64,000 nt of DNA from Thermoanaerobaculia bacterium (GCA_036558325.1 DATBFU010000062.1:55048-119047); one strand, 5' to 3'; shown: positions 27,775 to 37,438, counted from the first letter of the stretch. Translations and numbers: made by a program. Notes: generated from the sequence alone by a model not told the origin.

Positions 27775-29082
27775 TCAACCCTTCGACGCCGCGAGACTTC
27801 GCGGCTCGACCGGTTCCTCCGCCCACGCTCCGGCCGCCTCCGGGGTCGGATAGGCCCGCCGCAGGATCGGCGTCGTGATGACCGTCGTGAAGAGCGCCAT
27901 CGCGACGAGCCAGAAGAACGCGGCCGGCGAAACGACTCCCATGTCGGCTCCGATGTTGATGACGACGAGGGCCATGAGGGCCCGCGTATTCATGAGGAGC
28001 CCGATCGAGAGCGACTCTTTCCAGGGCAGTCCCGCGCCGCGGGCGGCGAGAGCCGTCGCGCCGAACTTCGAGACGCACGACACGACGATCACCGCCGCCA
28101 GGGCGAGCCACAGGCGCCCGTCGGATCCGAGGCTGCCCGCGTCGGTGCGCAGTCCCGAGAACACGAAGAAGATCGGCAGGAAGAGCACCGCCACGAGATC
28201 GCCGATGGACGCCTTGATGGCCTCCTGCAGCTCGCGGTTGAACGAGCCCGCGATGCCGCAGAGGAAACCGCCGAAGATCGAGAAGACTCCGAGCGCGTTG
28301 GTGATCATGGCGCACGCGAACACCGCCGCCAGAACTGCGGCCAGCGCCCCCGCGGTCAGGCCGCCGCTCGCCGTGCGCGACACCCTCAGTCGGGCGAGGC
28401 CGTAGCGGCCGATCGCCCAGAAGCCCGCGCCGAGGGCGAGCACGCCCGCGAGCGAGAGGGCGAGCGCGGGCAGATTCATGCGGCCGTGAGTGACGGTCGC
28501 GACGACGCCGCCCAGAAGCAGCCAGCCGAAAACGTCGTCGAGAGCGGCCGCGGTGATGGACGTCAGCCCCATGCGCGTGCGCGTCAGGCGCGTGTGGATG
28601 AGGATGCGTCCCATGATCGGGATCGCCGTGATCGAGACGGCGGTCGCAAAGAAGAGGCGGAAGGCCCCGAGCGACGAGCCGCCGGGCGCGAGCTGGTAGA
28701 GCCATCCGGCGAGGGCATAGCTTGCCGCGAACGGAAAGACGATTCCCGCAACCGCGACCGAGGTCGACGCCTTCGCCGCGTGCCGCATCCGGTCGAACGG
28801 AAACTCGAGGCCGATCAGCAGCATGAGCAGCACGAGACCGACCTGCGCGAATGCCGACAGAACCGATACGGTCTTCGGCGGAAGCAGCGCCGGAATCACG
28901 CCCGGGTAAAGCCGTCCGAGGACCGAGGGTCCCAGGATGACGCCGGCCAGGATCTCTCCGACGACGGGCGGCTGCCCCACCTTTCCGAAGAGCCACCCGA
29001 AGACGCGCGCCGCAACGACGATGATCGCGAGGTCCGCGCAGAGAAGCAGAAGCGTCCTTTCGAGCGCGAGATAGGAGTCCAT
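27775..29082 (-). CDS. cation:proton antiporter (CPA2 / Kef-NapA type)
   Basis: 435 aa, polytopic. The N-terminus LLLLCADLAIIVVAARVFGWLFGKVGQPPVVGEILAGVILGPSVLG is typical of the Na_H_Exchanger family. Confidence 0.9.
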   Translation of the reverse strand: MDSYLALERTLLLLCADLAIIVVAARVFGWLFGKVGQPPVVGEILAGVILGPSVLGRLYPGVIPALLPPKTVSVLSAFAQVGLVLLMLLIGLEFPFDRMRHAAKASTSVAVAGIVFPFAASYALAGWLYQLAPGGSSLGAFRLFFATAVSITAIPIMGRILIHTRLTRTRMGLTSITAAALDDVFGWLLLGGVVATVTHGRMNLPALALSLAGVLALGAGFWAIGRYGLARLRVSRTASGGLTAGALAAVLAAVFACAMITNALGVFSIFGGFLCGIAGSFNRELQEAIKASIGDLVAVLFLPIFFVFSGLRTDAGSLGSDGRLWLALAAVIVVSCVSKFGATALAARGAGLPWKESLSIGLLMNTRALMALVVINIGADMGVVSPAAFFWLVAMALFTTVITTPILRRAYPTPEAAGAWAEEPVEPRSLAASKG

Positions 29083-29098
29083 GCTGCTCCCCGAGCCT

Positions 29099-30289
29099 CT
29101 ATCTCGGGGGCGGAGCTGCGGCCGCCGCGGCGATCCGGTCGGCGACGGGCTTCGAGAACGGGGGAAGCTCCTTGAGCCGGTGTCCGGCCGCCTCGTAGGC
29201 CTGGAAGAACGCGACGGGTCCGCGCGAGAGCGTCTGCCGGAGGCCGTCGATCCCCGACGTCTGAACGATGCCGTCCGCCATGTAGGCGCCGGCCGGGCCC
29301 GCCACGCGACGGACGAAGTCGGGACGCTTGACCTCGCTCGAGAGCGAAAGGCGCGTATCGAGGTCCGCCTCCGATTCGATGAGGCGCTCTCCCATTCGGT
29401 TCAGGTCGTTGACGCTGCGCTGCATCGGCTCCTTCAGCCAGGTGGACAGCGGAAAGAAGCTCTCCTCGATGCCGAAGATCGCCACCGGACCCGACTCGGC
29501 CGTGACCCGGACGAGCGGCTCGAGCGCACCGAGCGCCGCGGGCAGGCGTAACCAGGCCGGATTGCCCTCACGGTACGCCGCCCAGGCCACGCGAAAGGCC
29601 TCGCCGGACATCAGGCGCACGAGCCGCGTGACCTGGCTCGCCGCGACGCCGGGCTCGACGTCGCCGAGCACCCGCGCCAGATCGACGACCATCGCCGGCG
29701 TCCCGTCGGGAAGCGTCACGACGAGATGGTCCGCGAGGCCGGCCAGACCGAAGCTGACGTACACCGTCAGCCGCGCGGAGATGACGCGGTCCCCCGGCAG
29801 GAGGGACGCCGCACGCCGCGAGGACTCGCGCTCGAGCTCGGCGCGGCCGGCATTGACGGCCTCGAGCATCACCTGCCAGCGGTCGAGCTCGTGGCGGATC
29901 GTGGCGAAGTCGAAGACGGCGGTCTTGTTCTCCGGATTCCAGGCCGCGCCGAAGTCGCGCCGGAACGTCTCGTCGTCGCGGCTCGCGTCCTGGATCGCGA
30001 GCTTGATCGGCGTCAGGTCCTCGAGCAGGTTCACGTCGGTCGGGTCCCATTTGGGCCGTGCGAGCGACAGAAGGATCTCCTTCGCGGCGCGCGTGTCCAC
30101 CGTCACGCGGATGTCGTGCGCGGCGGCGGGCGCCGCGGTGAACGGGGCCTTGCCAGGCGCGGCCTCGGCCGGCCGAGACGGCACGGCAGCGGCGGGCGCC
30201 GAAGCGGGCGAAGAGGGGCCGGCGCCGCCGCCCGCGCAGCCGCACGCCGCGAAGAGGGCGCCGATCGCGAAGACCGCGGCGGATTTCAT
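29099..30289 (-). CDS. hypothetical lipoprotein
   Basis: ATG at 30289 overlaps the HAD gene stop (ATGA). The leader MKSAAVFAIGALFAACGCAGG is lipobox-like and is followed by an Ala/Pro-rich linker and a globular domain of unknown family. Confidence 0.7.
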   Translation of the reverse strand: MKSAAVFAIGALFAACGCAGGGAGPSSPASAPAAAVPSRPAEAAPGKAPFTAAPAAAHDIRVTVDTRAAKEILLSLARPKWDPTDVNLLEDLTPIKLAIQDASRDDETFRRDFGAAWNPENKTAVFDFATIRHELDRWQVMLEAVNAGRAELERESSRRAASLLPGDRVISARLTVYVSFGLAGLADHLVVTLPDGTPAMVVDLARVLGDVEPGVAASQVTRLVRLMSGEAFRVAWAAYREGNPAWLRLPAALGALEPLVRVTAESGPVAIFGIEESFFPLSTWLKEPMQRSVNDLNRMGERLIESEADLDTRLSLSSEVKRPDFVRRVAGPAGAYMADGIVQTSGIDGLRQTLSRGPVAFFQAYEAAGHRLKELPPFSKPVADRIAAAAAAPPPR

Positions 30290-31008
30290 CCGAGAATTGC
30301 CTCCACACCGGCGTCCACGTCCGAGAAGTCGGCGAACAAGGCGTCCGGGCGCTCCGCGGCGAGCCGCTCGGCCGGAGTCGGGCCGGTCGCGACCGCGACG
30401 GACCGCACGCCGAGCGAGCGGCCGCACGCGACGTCGTGCACCGAATCGCCCACGATCACGACGGACTTGCCGGTGAACTCGCGGCCGCAGTGCGCCCGCG
30501 CGCGGGCGACTGCGACGGGAGGCAGCGCGTAACGGTCGGCCGAATCGCTCCCGAAGGCGCCGAACGGAAAGTAGGCGTTGAACCCGGGCGGCTCGAGCTT
30601 CAAGCGCGCGCCCGCCTCGAGGTTTCCGGTCAGCAATGCGAGCGTGACCCGGGGTTGAGCGGCCAGACGGCGCAACAGCTCGGCGATCCCGGGCTTGGGC
30701 ACCACGGCCTCGGGAGTCAGACGGCGGCGCAGCTCCTCGAGATAGCGCGTGAGCGCGCGCGGCAGGTCCGCCTCGCGTCGCTCCGCCCCCACGTGCTCTC
30801 CCACGAGCTCCCGCACGATTTGCGGATCCGTCTTACCCGAGAAGTCGTACCTGCCCTCGCGCGGCGCATCGGGGTCCGCCCTCCAGCCGTAGACGGCCTC
30901 CATCGCCGCGAGCACCGACTCGCGGGCGGCGCGTCCGGCGGAGAGCAGGGTTCCATCGATGTCGAAGAGAACGAGCCGATGGCCGTTGGGTTCTCCGGAC
31001 GTCATCAC
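30286..31008 (-). CDS. HAD-superfamily hydrolase (phosphoglycolate phosphatase-like)
   Basis: 240 aa with HAD motif I LVLFDIDGTLL, motif II LLTGN and motif IV VIVGDSVHD. Confidence 0.85.
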   Translation of the reverse strand: MMTSGEPNGHRLVLFDIDGTLLSAGRAARESVLAAMEAVYGWRADPDAPREGRYDFSGKTDPQIVRELVGEHVGAERREADLPRALTRYLEELRRRLTPEAVVPKPGIAELLRRLAAQPRVTLALLTGNLEAGARLKLEPPGFNAYFPFGAFGSDSADRYALPPVAVARARAHCGREFTGKSVVIVGDSVHDVACGRSLGVRSVAVATGPTPAERLAAERPDALFADFSDVDAGVEAILG

Positions 31009-31904
31009 TTCGAATCATACGAGAACTGACGCGCGTGCCAGCGCACCATCGGGATCAAGGCGCGGCGCCAGTAGGTCCAGTCGTGGACGCCCGGCTCGAG
31101 CACCGCGGTCGCCGCGATGCCGTGGTCCGCCGCGAACGCCGCGAATTGCGTCGCGACGCGCCCGAGCCCGTAAATGTCCTCGGTCCCGCCGCGCAGATAC
31201 AGCGGAAACGGCGAAGCGTCGAAGTGGGACGCCGAGAGAAGCTCCCACACGTCGTTCTCCGCGAGCGTGTTGTCCGTTCGGGATCGTCCGAAAACGTGCT
31301 TGATCGTCCAGCGCGCGAGAAAGCTGTATCGCTTGAGATCCTCCCAGCCGAACGGAATGAGCGCGCCCGAGAGCGCCGAGACGGACCCGTACAAGTCCGG
31401 ATACTTGAGGGCGATCTTGACCGCGCCGTAGCCGCCCATCGAGATGCCCGTGACGGCGCGACTCGCGCGCGCGGGAATCGCGCGTTCGCGCTCCTCCATC
31501 CAGCGCGGCAGCTCCTCGCGCACGAACTTCTCCCAGAGGTCCCGGCCGTCGTGAGAATCCGAGAACCAGGCGCCGCGCGCTCCCGGAGCCGCCACCAGGA
31601 ACTCGGGGAGATCTCCGGCATTCATGAGCCGGAAGAGCTCCTGCGCGACGCCATACTCCACGAGCGCCGTTTCGTCGCTCCAGGCGTCGTGAAGGAAGTA
31701 GAGGACGGGATAGAGCCGCTCGGGATGCGAGGCAAAGGAGGGCGGCCGCAGGATGAGGACGCGCGCCGGCAGCGACAGGCTCGGGGTCCGGATCGTCTCG
31801 TAAGTGCCGGGAGTCGCCGCGGGCGCCGCCGCGGCAGCGGCCATGGCGACGAAGAGAAGCGGCGCCAGCGGGGGGACGCTCGGCGACCTTCGGATCCGAT
31901 TCAA
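31005..31904 (-). CDS. secreted esterase (alpha/beta hydrolase, putative esterase/enterochelin-esterase-like family)
   Basis: TTG at 31904 overlaps the upstream stop (TTGA) and gives signal peptide (M)NRIRRSPSVPPLAPLLFVAMAAAAAAPA. YPVLYFLHD and the nucleophile elbow GISMGGYGA are present. Confidence 0.8.
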   Translation of the reverse strand: MNRIRRSPSVPPLAPLLFVAMAAAAAAPAATPGTYETIRTPSLSLPARVLILRPPSFASHPERLYPVLYFLHDAWSDETALVEYGVAQELFRLMNAGDLPEFLVAAPGARGAWFSDSHDGRDLWEKFVREELPRWMEERERAIPARASRAVTGISMGGYGAVKIALKYPDLYGSVSALSGALIPFGWEDLKRYSFLARWTIKHVFGRSRTDNTLAENDVWELLSASHFDASPFPLYLRGGTEDIYGLGRVATQFAAFAADHGIAATAVLEPGVHDWTYWRRALIPMVRWHARQFSYDSK

Positions 31905-32653
31905 GGAGACGGGGGCGGACGGAAGAGGGCGTCGTCGCGCGCCGGAGACACCGACGTGTTCTCGAAGCGGATCGAAACGGGCCGGCCGCTCATCGGCTTG
32001 TCGAGAGAGAGCCAGATGCCGCCGAGCTTCCGCCAGTCGTTCCAGGCGACGGTCGTCGGCGGCTCGTCGGCGCCGTTCAGGACATACTGCCATTGCACCA
32101 TGCGGTGTCCGTCGCGCGCGATCCAGAGCCAATAGGTGTCGCGCGGCGTCAGGCCCACGTTCTCGCCGAACGTGAGCTTCAGCACGTCGCAGATTCCCCC
32201 GCCGGGGCAGGGCTTCTCGCCGTCATAGGAGCGGTTCACACCCGGATCGAAGACCTTCCAGGGCGCGAGGAGCCAGTACGTGTCGTTGATGAATCGCTCG
32301 TAGGCGTTCTCGAGATGCATCGCCGCCCCTTCGCCTTCGACCGACCTCCCGTTCACGAAGACCTCGCCTTTCCGCGTGTTCACGTTGAAGTAAACGGCAA
32401 ACGGCGCGCCGGCCTTGTCCGTTCCGGTCAGGCGATAGTCTCCGGTGTAGCGGTCCCAGGCGTGCGAGAAGCGCGCGATCGCCTGCCCGTCCTTCTCGAC
32501 CACGAAGTCGAACTGGAACTGCCGCGCCGCGTCCCAGGCGGCCTGCCCGCCGAGCGCCGCGATGAGGTCGTGAGCGACCGCATCGGCCCTTTCGTCGCCG
32601 GCCGCTCGGCCGGCCAGGAAGAAAGCGGCGAGCAAAGCGGCGAACCGCTTCAT
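31901..32653 (-). CDS. hypothetical secreted protein
   Basis: ATG at 32653 gives signal peptide MKRFAALLAAFFLAGRAAG. The 250-aa protein is Trp/Tyr-rich. The upstream part of the 427-aa track ORF is Arg-rich and looks like an artefact. Confidence 0.65.
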   Translation of the reverse strand: MKRFAALLAAFFLAGRAAGDERADAVAHDLIAALGGQAAWDAARQFQFDFVVEKDGQAIARFSHAWDRYTGDYRLTGTDKAGAPFAVYFNVNTRKGEVFVNGRSVEGEGAAMHLENAYERFINDTYWLLAPWKVFDPGVNRSYDGEKPCPGGGICDVLKLTFGENVGLTPRDTYWLWIARDGHRMVQWQYVLNGADEPPTTVAWNDWRKLGGIWLSLDKPMSGRPVSIRFENTSVSPARDDALFRPPPSP

Positions 32654-32713
32654 GTCGCGATCATATGCCGTTCCTCTCCGCCGGGCCGCGCCGACGGTAC
32701 ACTTCCTTCGGCG

Positions 32714-33190
32714 ATGAAGGAGCTCGACCGCCTCCCGCCGGAGCTGCTCCGGGCGCTGTCCGGCGGGGCCTTCCGCCGACGGCGACGCCTCGTCCTCCCC
32801 CTCCTGACGGCCGACGCGGGAGGCTTCCCGCGCGCCGCCCTCCTGACGCCGGGAGAGGTGCGCGCGAACTCCGCGACCGAGCTCGCCGTGGCGGTGCTCG
32901 CGACGAGCCGCACCGCGGTCAATCTCATCCGCCGACGCCGTGCGACGCTGCTCTATCTCCACCCGCAGATGACGGCCATGGTCCAGGCCCGCGCGGGCCG
33001 CGGATGCGTCTGCCCGCGCGATCCCGAACGTCACCTCTTCCCGCTGCTGGTGCACCGCGTCCGCATCGACCACCCGCCGGAGCGAGAGGGAGACGTGCGT
33101 CTGCTGGCAGGTCCGACGTTCACCGGCGGCTATCCAGGCTCCCTGTTCCGCTCGGATCTCTTCGAGGATCTTGGGCGGGTGCACGCGTGA
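32714..33190 (+). CDS. pyridoxamine 5'-phosphate oxidase-like (FMN-binding split-barrel) family protein, tentative
   Basis: ATG at 32714 gives MKELDRLPPELLRALSG...PLLTADAGGFPRAALLTPGEV, 158 aa. The stop overlaps the GTG of the next gene (GTGA at 33187-33190). The family call rests on general pattern only. Confidence 0.55.
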   Translation: MKELDRLPPELLRALSGGAFRRRRRLVLPLLTADAGGFPRAALLTPGEVRANSATELAVAVLATSRTAVNLIRRRRATLLYLHPQMTAMVQARAGRGCVCPRDPERHLFPLLVHRVRIDHPPEREGDVRLLAGPTFTGGYPGSLFRSDLFEDLGRVHA

Positions 33191-33921
33191 AGTTCCAGGG
33201 CCGGACGATCATCGTCACCGGCGCCGGCCGAGGCATCGGCCGATCGGTCGCGCTGCGGTTTGCCGAAGAGGGCGGGAGCGTCGCGCTCGTGGCGCGGAGC
33301 GCGAACGAGCTCGCCGAGACCGAGCGGCTGGTGCGGCAGGCCGGCGGGCGGGCGCTGGCGCTGCCCGCCGACGTCACGCTCCGCGGCGCGGCCGACGAAT
33401 GCGTCCGGCGCGCCGAGGCGGAGCTCGGACCGGTGGACGTGCTCGTCAACAATGCGGGAGTCTTCATCTGGCGTCCGTTCCTCGAGCTCACCCCCGACGA
33501 GTGGGACCGCGTGATCGCGACGAACCTGACCGGCGCGGCCGACTTCTGCCGCGCGGTCCTCCCGGGCATGGTGAAGCGGCGGCGCGGCCGTATCGTCAAC
33601 GTCGCTTCGGTCCATGGGATGCGCGGGGACGCCAACGTCTCGGCGCAGAGCGCGGCCAAGTTCGGGCTGATCGGTCTGACGCAGAGCCTCGCGCGCGAGT
33701 TTCGCGGGCACAACATCGCCGTCAACGCCGTTTGTCCCGGCGCCGTCGAGAACCGCCTCGACGAAACGGGAGCGGCGGAGCGCGCCTCGCCGCTGGCCGA
33801 GAAGCTCTGGCCGCGCGACGTGGCGCGCACGGTGATCTTCCTCGCCTCCGACGAGGCCGCGGCCATCACCGGCGCGGCGCTCGAGGTGTATGGCGGCACG
33901 CACGTCGTCATCGCGACGTAG
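33187..33921 (+). CDS. SDR family oxidoreductase (FabG-like) with non-canonical active site
   Basis: GTG start. TGAGRGIG, NNAG and a conserved Ser (VASVHG) are present. At the YxxxK position the sequence is Q-S-A-A-K, which aligns to FabG NYAAAK. Confidence 0.85.
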   Translation: MKFQGRTIIVTGAGRGIGRSVALRFAEEGGSVALVARSANELAETERLVRQAGGRALALPADVTLRGAADECVRRAEAELGPVDVLVNNAGVFIWRPFLELTPDEWDRVIATNLTGAADFCRAVLPGMVKRRRGRIVNVASVHGMRGDANVSAQSAAKFGLIGLTQSLAREFRGHNIAVNAVCPGAVENRLDETGAAERASPLAEKLWPRDVARTVIFLASDEAAAITGAALEVYGGTHVVIAT

Positions 33922-33958
33922 GGGATTCGCCGCGCCCCGCGGCCGATTTCGCACTTAT

Positions 33959-34759
33959 TCAGTTGACCGGGCCGGCGGTCGCCTCGGGGCGGAGCGCGAC
34001 GTGGCGCTCCTCGCGGGCATCTCCGTCCCGGAGCTTGATGGCGGCGTCGGGCGCATTCGTGGTGATCGATGCCACGCCGGCCGCCGCGAGGCGTGCGACC
34101 TCCTCCATCTCGTCGACCGTCCAAACGTGCACGGAAAGATTGGCTGCGGCGGCTTGGGCCAGCAGCGGAGCGGCGACGAGGTCCTTCCGCGGTCCGATGG
34201 CGTCCGCCGGCGGGAAGAGCGGCGTCGCGCGGCCCGGCTCGGGAAGGGCGACGGGCCGGTCGAACAGGAAGCTCGTCGCGATCGCGGGCTCGGCGTCGCG
34301 CATCTTGCGCAAGAAGTCGGCGTCGAAGGAGGCGACGAGACAGCGGTCGGACACGCGATAGGCCGCGGCGAGGCGCGCGACGCGGCGCGCCATCGTGGCG
34401 AGATTGACGCCGGGCGACGTCTTCACCTCGACGACGTAACGGAGCGCGCGTCCGTAGCGGTGGAACACCTCTTCGAGTTTGGGGATCTTGTGCTCGCCGA
34501 ACTCGGACGAGAACGTCAGCTTCTCGATCTCGCGCGCGGTGAAGTGCCGTACCGCGATGCGCTGCGAGCCGAGCGCGATGTCCTCGTCGTGGAAAACCAC
34601 GGCCTCGCCTTCCCGCGTCTGTCGGACGTCGAGCTCAATCGCGTCCACGCCGAAGCTCTCGGCCCAGTCGAAGCTGGCGATCGTATTCTCGCGCGCCCGC
34701 CGCGGCGCGCCGCGGTGCCCGACGATCCAGAGGGGGTGCCGAGACTTCCAGTCGCTCAT
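33959..34759 (-). CDS. glycerophosphodiester phosphodiesterase (GDPD family)
   Basis: ATG at 34759 overlaps the pyrF stop (ATGA). The sequence WIVGHRGAPRRARENTIASFDWAESFGVDAIELDVRQT..VVFHD is the GDPD signature. Confidence 0.85.
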   Translation of the reverse strand: MSDWKSRHPLWIVGHRGAPRRARENTIASFDWAESFGVDAIELDVRQTREGEAVVFHDEDIALGSQRIAVRHFTAREIEKLTFSSEFGEHKIPKLEEVFHRYGRALRYVVEVKTSPGVNLATMARRVARLAAAYRVSDRCLVASFDADFLRKMRDAEPAIATSFLFDRPVALPEPGRATPLFPPADAIGPRKDLVAAPLLAQAAAANLSVHVWTVDEMEEVARLAAAGVASITTNAPDAAIKLRDGDAREERHVALRPEATAGPVN

Positions 34760-35457
34760 CCGAGCGATTCTATTTCCGCGAGCAGGGCGTCGAGCGCCGC
34801 GTCGGGATCGGGGGCCCCGGTGACGGGACGCCCGACGACCAGGATGTCCGCGCCCGCCGCGAGCGCCTCGCGCGGCGTCGCGATCCGTCTCTGATCGCCG
34901 GCCGCGGCGCCCGCGGGACGGATGCCGGGAACGACGGTCAGGAAATCCGCGCCGCAGGCGCCCCGGATCACCGGCAGGTCCGTCGGCGAGCAGACGACGC
35001 CGTCGAGGCCGCAATCTTTCGCCAGAAGGGCAAGCCGCCGCGCGATGCCCTCCGGATGGCCCGCCATCGGAAGATCCGCGAGCGCCTTCGCGTCGATCGA
35101 CGTCAGGAGCGTCACGGCGACGAGCTTCGGCCGCCCGGGGCCATCGGGCAGCGCGCGCCGCGCCGCCTCGAGCATGGCGCGTCCGCCGGAGGCGTGCACG
35201 TTGAGAAGCGACGCACCCGATCGCGCCGCGGCGGCGACGGCGCCGGCAACGGTGTTGGGAATGTCGTGGAACTTGAGGTCCAGGAAGACGCGCGACGATT
35301 TCGCGACGTCGGCCACGAGCGACCGCCCCTCGGACACGAACGCTTCGAGACCGATCTTGAGCCAGCCGACCTTCGGTCCGAACCGCCGCGCGGCGGCGAG
35401 GATCTCGTCCCGAGTGGAGAAGTCGAGGGCGACGCAGACGCGCTCCGCCGGTCTCAT
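34756..35457 (-). CDS. pyrF: orotidine 5'-phosphate decarboxylase
   Basis: 233 aa. VALDF, LKIGLEAF, the DLKFHDIPNTV signature and VVGRPV are present. Confidence 0.9.
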   Translation of the reverse strand: MRPAERVCVALDFSTRDEILAAARRFGPKVGWLKIGLEAFVSEGRSLVADVAKSSRVFLDLKFHDIPNTVAGAVAAAARSGASLLNVHASGGRAMLEAARRALPDGPGRPKLVAVTLLTSIDAKALADLPMAGHPEGIARRLALLAKDCGLDGVVCSPTDLPVIRGACGADFLTVVPGIRPAGAAAGDQRRIATPREALAAGADILVVGRPVTGAPDPDAALDALLAEIESLG

Positions 35458-36404
35458 CCTTCCGCCCCCGCTTCGCGCGCCGCGGCGCTTCCGGCCTGCG
35501 CGCGACCCACGAGCGCCGCTGCGGCGACGCTCTTCGCCGCGCAGTACGCGTCGAGCTCCGCGACGAGACGGCCGGCGATGCCGGGCTCCTTGAAGTTCGC
35601 CGTCCCGACCTGCACGGCCGTCGCTCCCGCCGCGAGGAACTCGAGCGCGTCCCCGAGACCCGCGATTCCGCCGATGCCCATCAGAGGCATGCCGGGGAGC
35701 GCCCGCGCCACCTGATAGACCATGCGCACGGCGATCGGCTTGATCGCCGGCCCCGAGAGGCCGCCCGTGCCGAACGAGATGCGCGGCCGCGCGGTCTCGG
35801 GATCGATCGCCATGCCGACGAGCGTGTTGATGAGCGACAGGATGTCGGCTCCGGCGTCGCGCGCCGCCTTCGCGCAGGCGACGAGATCGGGCGCGTTCGG
35901 CGAGAGCTTGACGATGAGGGGGCGCCCCGTGGCCGCCCGCACTCTCGCCACGAGCCCCGCGGTCAGCTCCGGAGAGTTGCCGAAGAGCATGCCGCCGCGG
36001 GAGACGTTCGGGCAGGAGATGTTGAGCTCGATCGCCGCGAGTCCTTCGGCGTCCTCGAGCGCCTCGACGACCGCGACGTAGTCGTCCTCGGCGTCGCCCC
36101 AGACGTTGGCGATCACGGTCGCGCCGGCGGCGCGCAGCTTCGGCAGCTTCTCCTTTCGAAAGGCCTCGACGCCGACGTTCTGCAGCCCGATCGCGTTCAA
36201 CATCCCCGCGGGCGTCTCGCAGATCCGCGGCGGCGCGTTGCCCGCGTGCGGCTTCAACGAGAGCCCCTTCGTGCAGAGGCCGCCGATCTTCGCGAGACCC
36301 ACGAAGTCCGCGAACTCGAGGCCGTATCCGAACGTGCCGCTGGCGGTCAGGATCGGATTCCGCAGCACGAGCGGTCCGAGACCGACGGCGAGCCGCTCGC
36401 TCAC
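35454..36404 (-). CDS. pyrD: dihydroorotate dehydrogenase, class 1B catalytic subunit
   Basis: GTG at 36404 overlaps the pyrK stop (GTGA). Motifs are LRNPILTASGTFGYG, IELNISCPN, SLINT and GGI..G.DA.EF. The rest of the 659-aa track ORF is an out-of-frame artefact. Confidence 0.9.
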   Translation of the reverse strand: MSERLAVGLGPLVLRNPILTASGTFGYGLEFADFVGLAKIGGLCTKGLSLKPHAGNAPPRICETPAGMLNAIGLQNVGVEAFRKEKLPKLRAAGATVIANVWGDAEDDYVAVVEALEDAEGLAAIELNISCPNVSRGGMLFGNSPELTAGLVARVRAATGRPLIVKLSPNAPDLVACAKAARDAGADILSLINTLVGMAIDPETARPRISFGTGGLSGPAIKPIAVRMVYQVARALPGMPLMGIGGIAGLGDALEFLAAGATAVQVGTANFKEPGIAGRLVAELDAYCAAKSVAAAALVGRAQAGSAAAREAGAEG

Positions 36405-37195
36405 AGCCGCTCCCACGCGATCTTCTCGGGCGGCAGGATCGGCCCTTCGGTGCAGGAGACGAGAAACGGCTTGTCGGCCGCGGGGATCACGCAGCCGAGG
36501 CACACGCCGAACCCGCAACCCATTTCCGCCTCGGTCGAGAATTCCGCCGCGAGGCCGAGCTCCGCAATCACTTTCGCCAGCGCGCGAAACATCGGCATCG
36601 GTCCGCACGCGAAGACGCGCGCGTAGGCCGTCCGCCGCGCGCGCGCCCGGAACAACTCCGTGACGAAGCCGCGCTCCCCGAGCGAGCCGTCGTCGGTCGC
36701 GAGGTGGGTCTGCCCGTTCACGATCGCCTCGAAGCGCCGGCGAAACGACAGATCCTTCTCGCCGCGCCCGCCGAGGAAGAGGTCGCCGGACACGCCGGCG
36801 GCGGCGAGGGCGCGGTAGAGGAGCGGAAACGGCGCGGCGCCGATTCCTCCCGCCACGACGGCGACGCGGGCCCCCCGCGGCAGATCGCCGATCGCGAACG
36901 CGTTCCCGAGCGGACCGAGGAGCCGGAGCGCCGAACCGCCCGCCAGCTCTTCGAGCGCCGCCGTTCCGGCGCCGATCGTCTTCACGAGGAACTCGACCTC
37001 GCCGGACTCGGGCGAGGCATCCGCGACGGAGTACGCGCGGCGCAGATACGGGCGAACGCGGTCCGGGACCTCGAGCATCGCGAACTGCCCGGGCCTCACG
37101 GCACGCGCGAGCGCCGGCGCTTCCAAGATCGAGGAGAAGAGGCCGGGCCCGTAGCGCTCGGTGCGCAGGTGCCGCGCTCGGTGGTCCGCCCTCAC
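36401..37195 (-). CDS. pyrK: dihydroorotate dehydrogenase electron-transfer subunit (FAD / 2Fe-2S)
   Basis: 264 aa. RRAYSV (FAD-binding RxYS), GGIGAAP and the C-terminal Cys cluster CGFGVCLGC..C are present. It lies immediately upstream of pyrD. Confidence 0.85.
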   Translation of the reverse strand: MRADHRARHLRTERYGPGLFSSILEAPALARAVRPGQFAMLEVPDRVRPYLRRAYSVADASPESGEVEFLVKTIGAGTAALEELAGGSALRLLGPLGNAFAIGDLPRGARVAVVAGGIGAAPFPLLYRALAAAGVSGDLFLGGRGEKDLSFRRRFEAIVNGQTHLATDDGSLGERGFVTELFRARARRTAYARVFACGPMPMFRALAKVIAELGLAAEFSTEAEMGCGFGVCLGCVIPAADKPFLVSCTEGPILPPEKIAWERL

Positions 37196-37234
37196 CGGGC
37201 GGGGATTTTACGTCAGCGCGGCCTTCGACGCGCG

Positions 37235-37438
37235 TCAGACGCGGAAGTCGACCAACGTCGGATCGAGCTCGCCTTCCCGTGCGCGATCGCGGCGCGCCTT
37301 CTCGACGCACCGCTCGCAACGCGGAAAGCCGTCCACCACTCCGACCAGACGCGTGTAGGCGCCGCAGCCGTGGCATCGGCGGAGCGCCCGGTGGTGCGCC
37401 TCCCGATCGTCTTCGAGCTCCAGCGGCAGCCATTTCAT
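37235..37438 (-). CDS. small zinc-ribbon-like protein (hypothetical)
   Basis: 67 aa with two CxxC pairs (CHGCG ... CERC). It heads the pyrK-pyrD-pyrF gene string. Support is weak, resting on short length and composition only. Confidence 0.4.
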   Translation of the reverse strand: MKWLPLELEDDREAHHRALRRCHGCGAYTRLVGVVDGFPRCERCVEKARRDRAREGELDPTLVDFRV

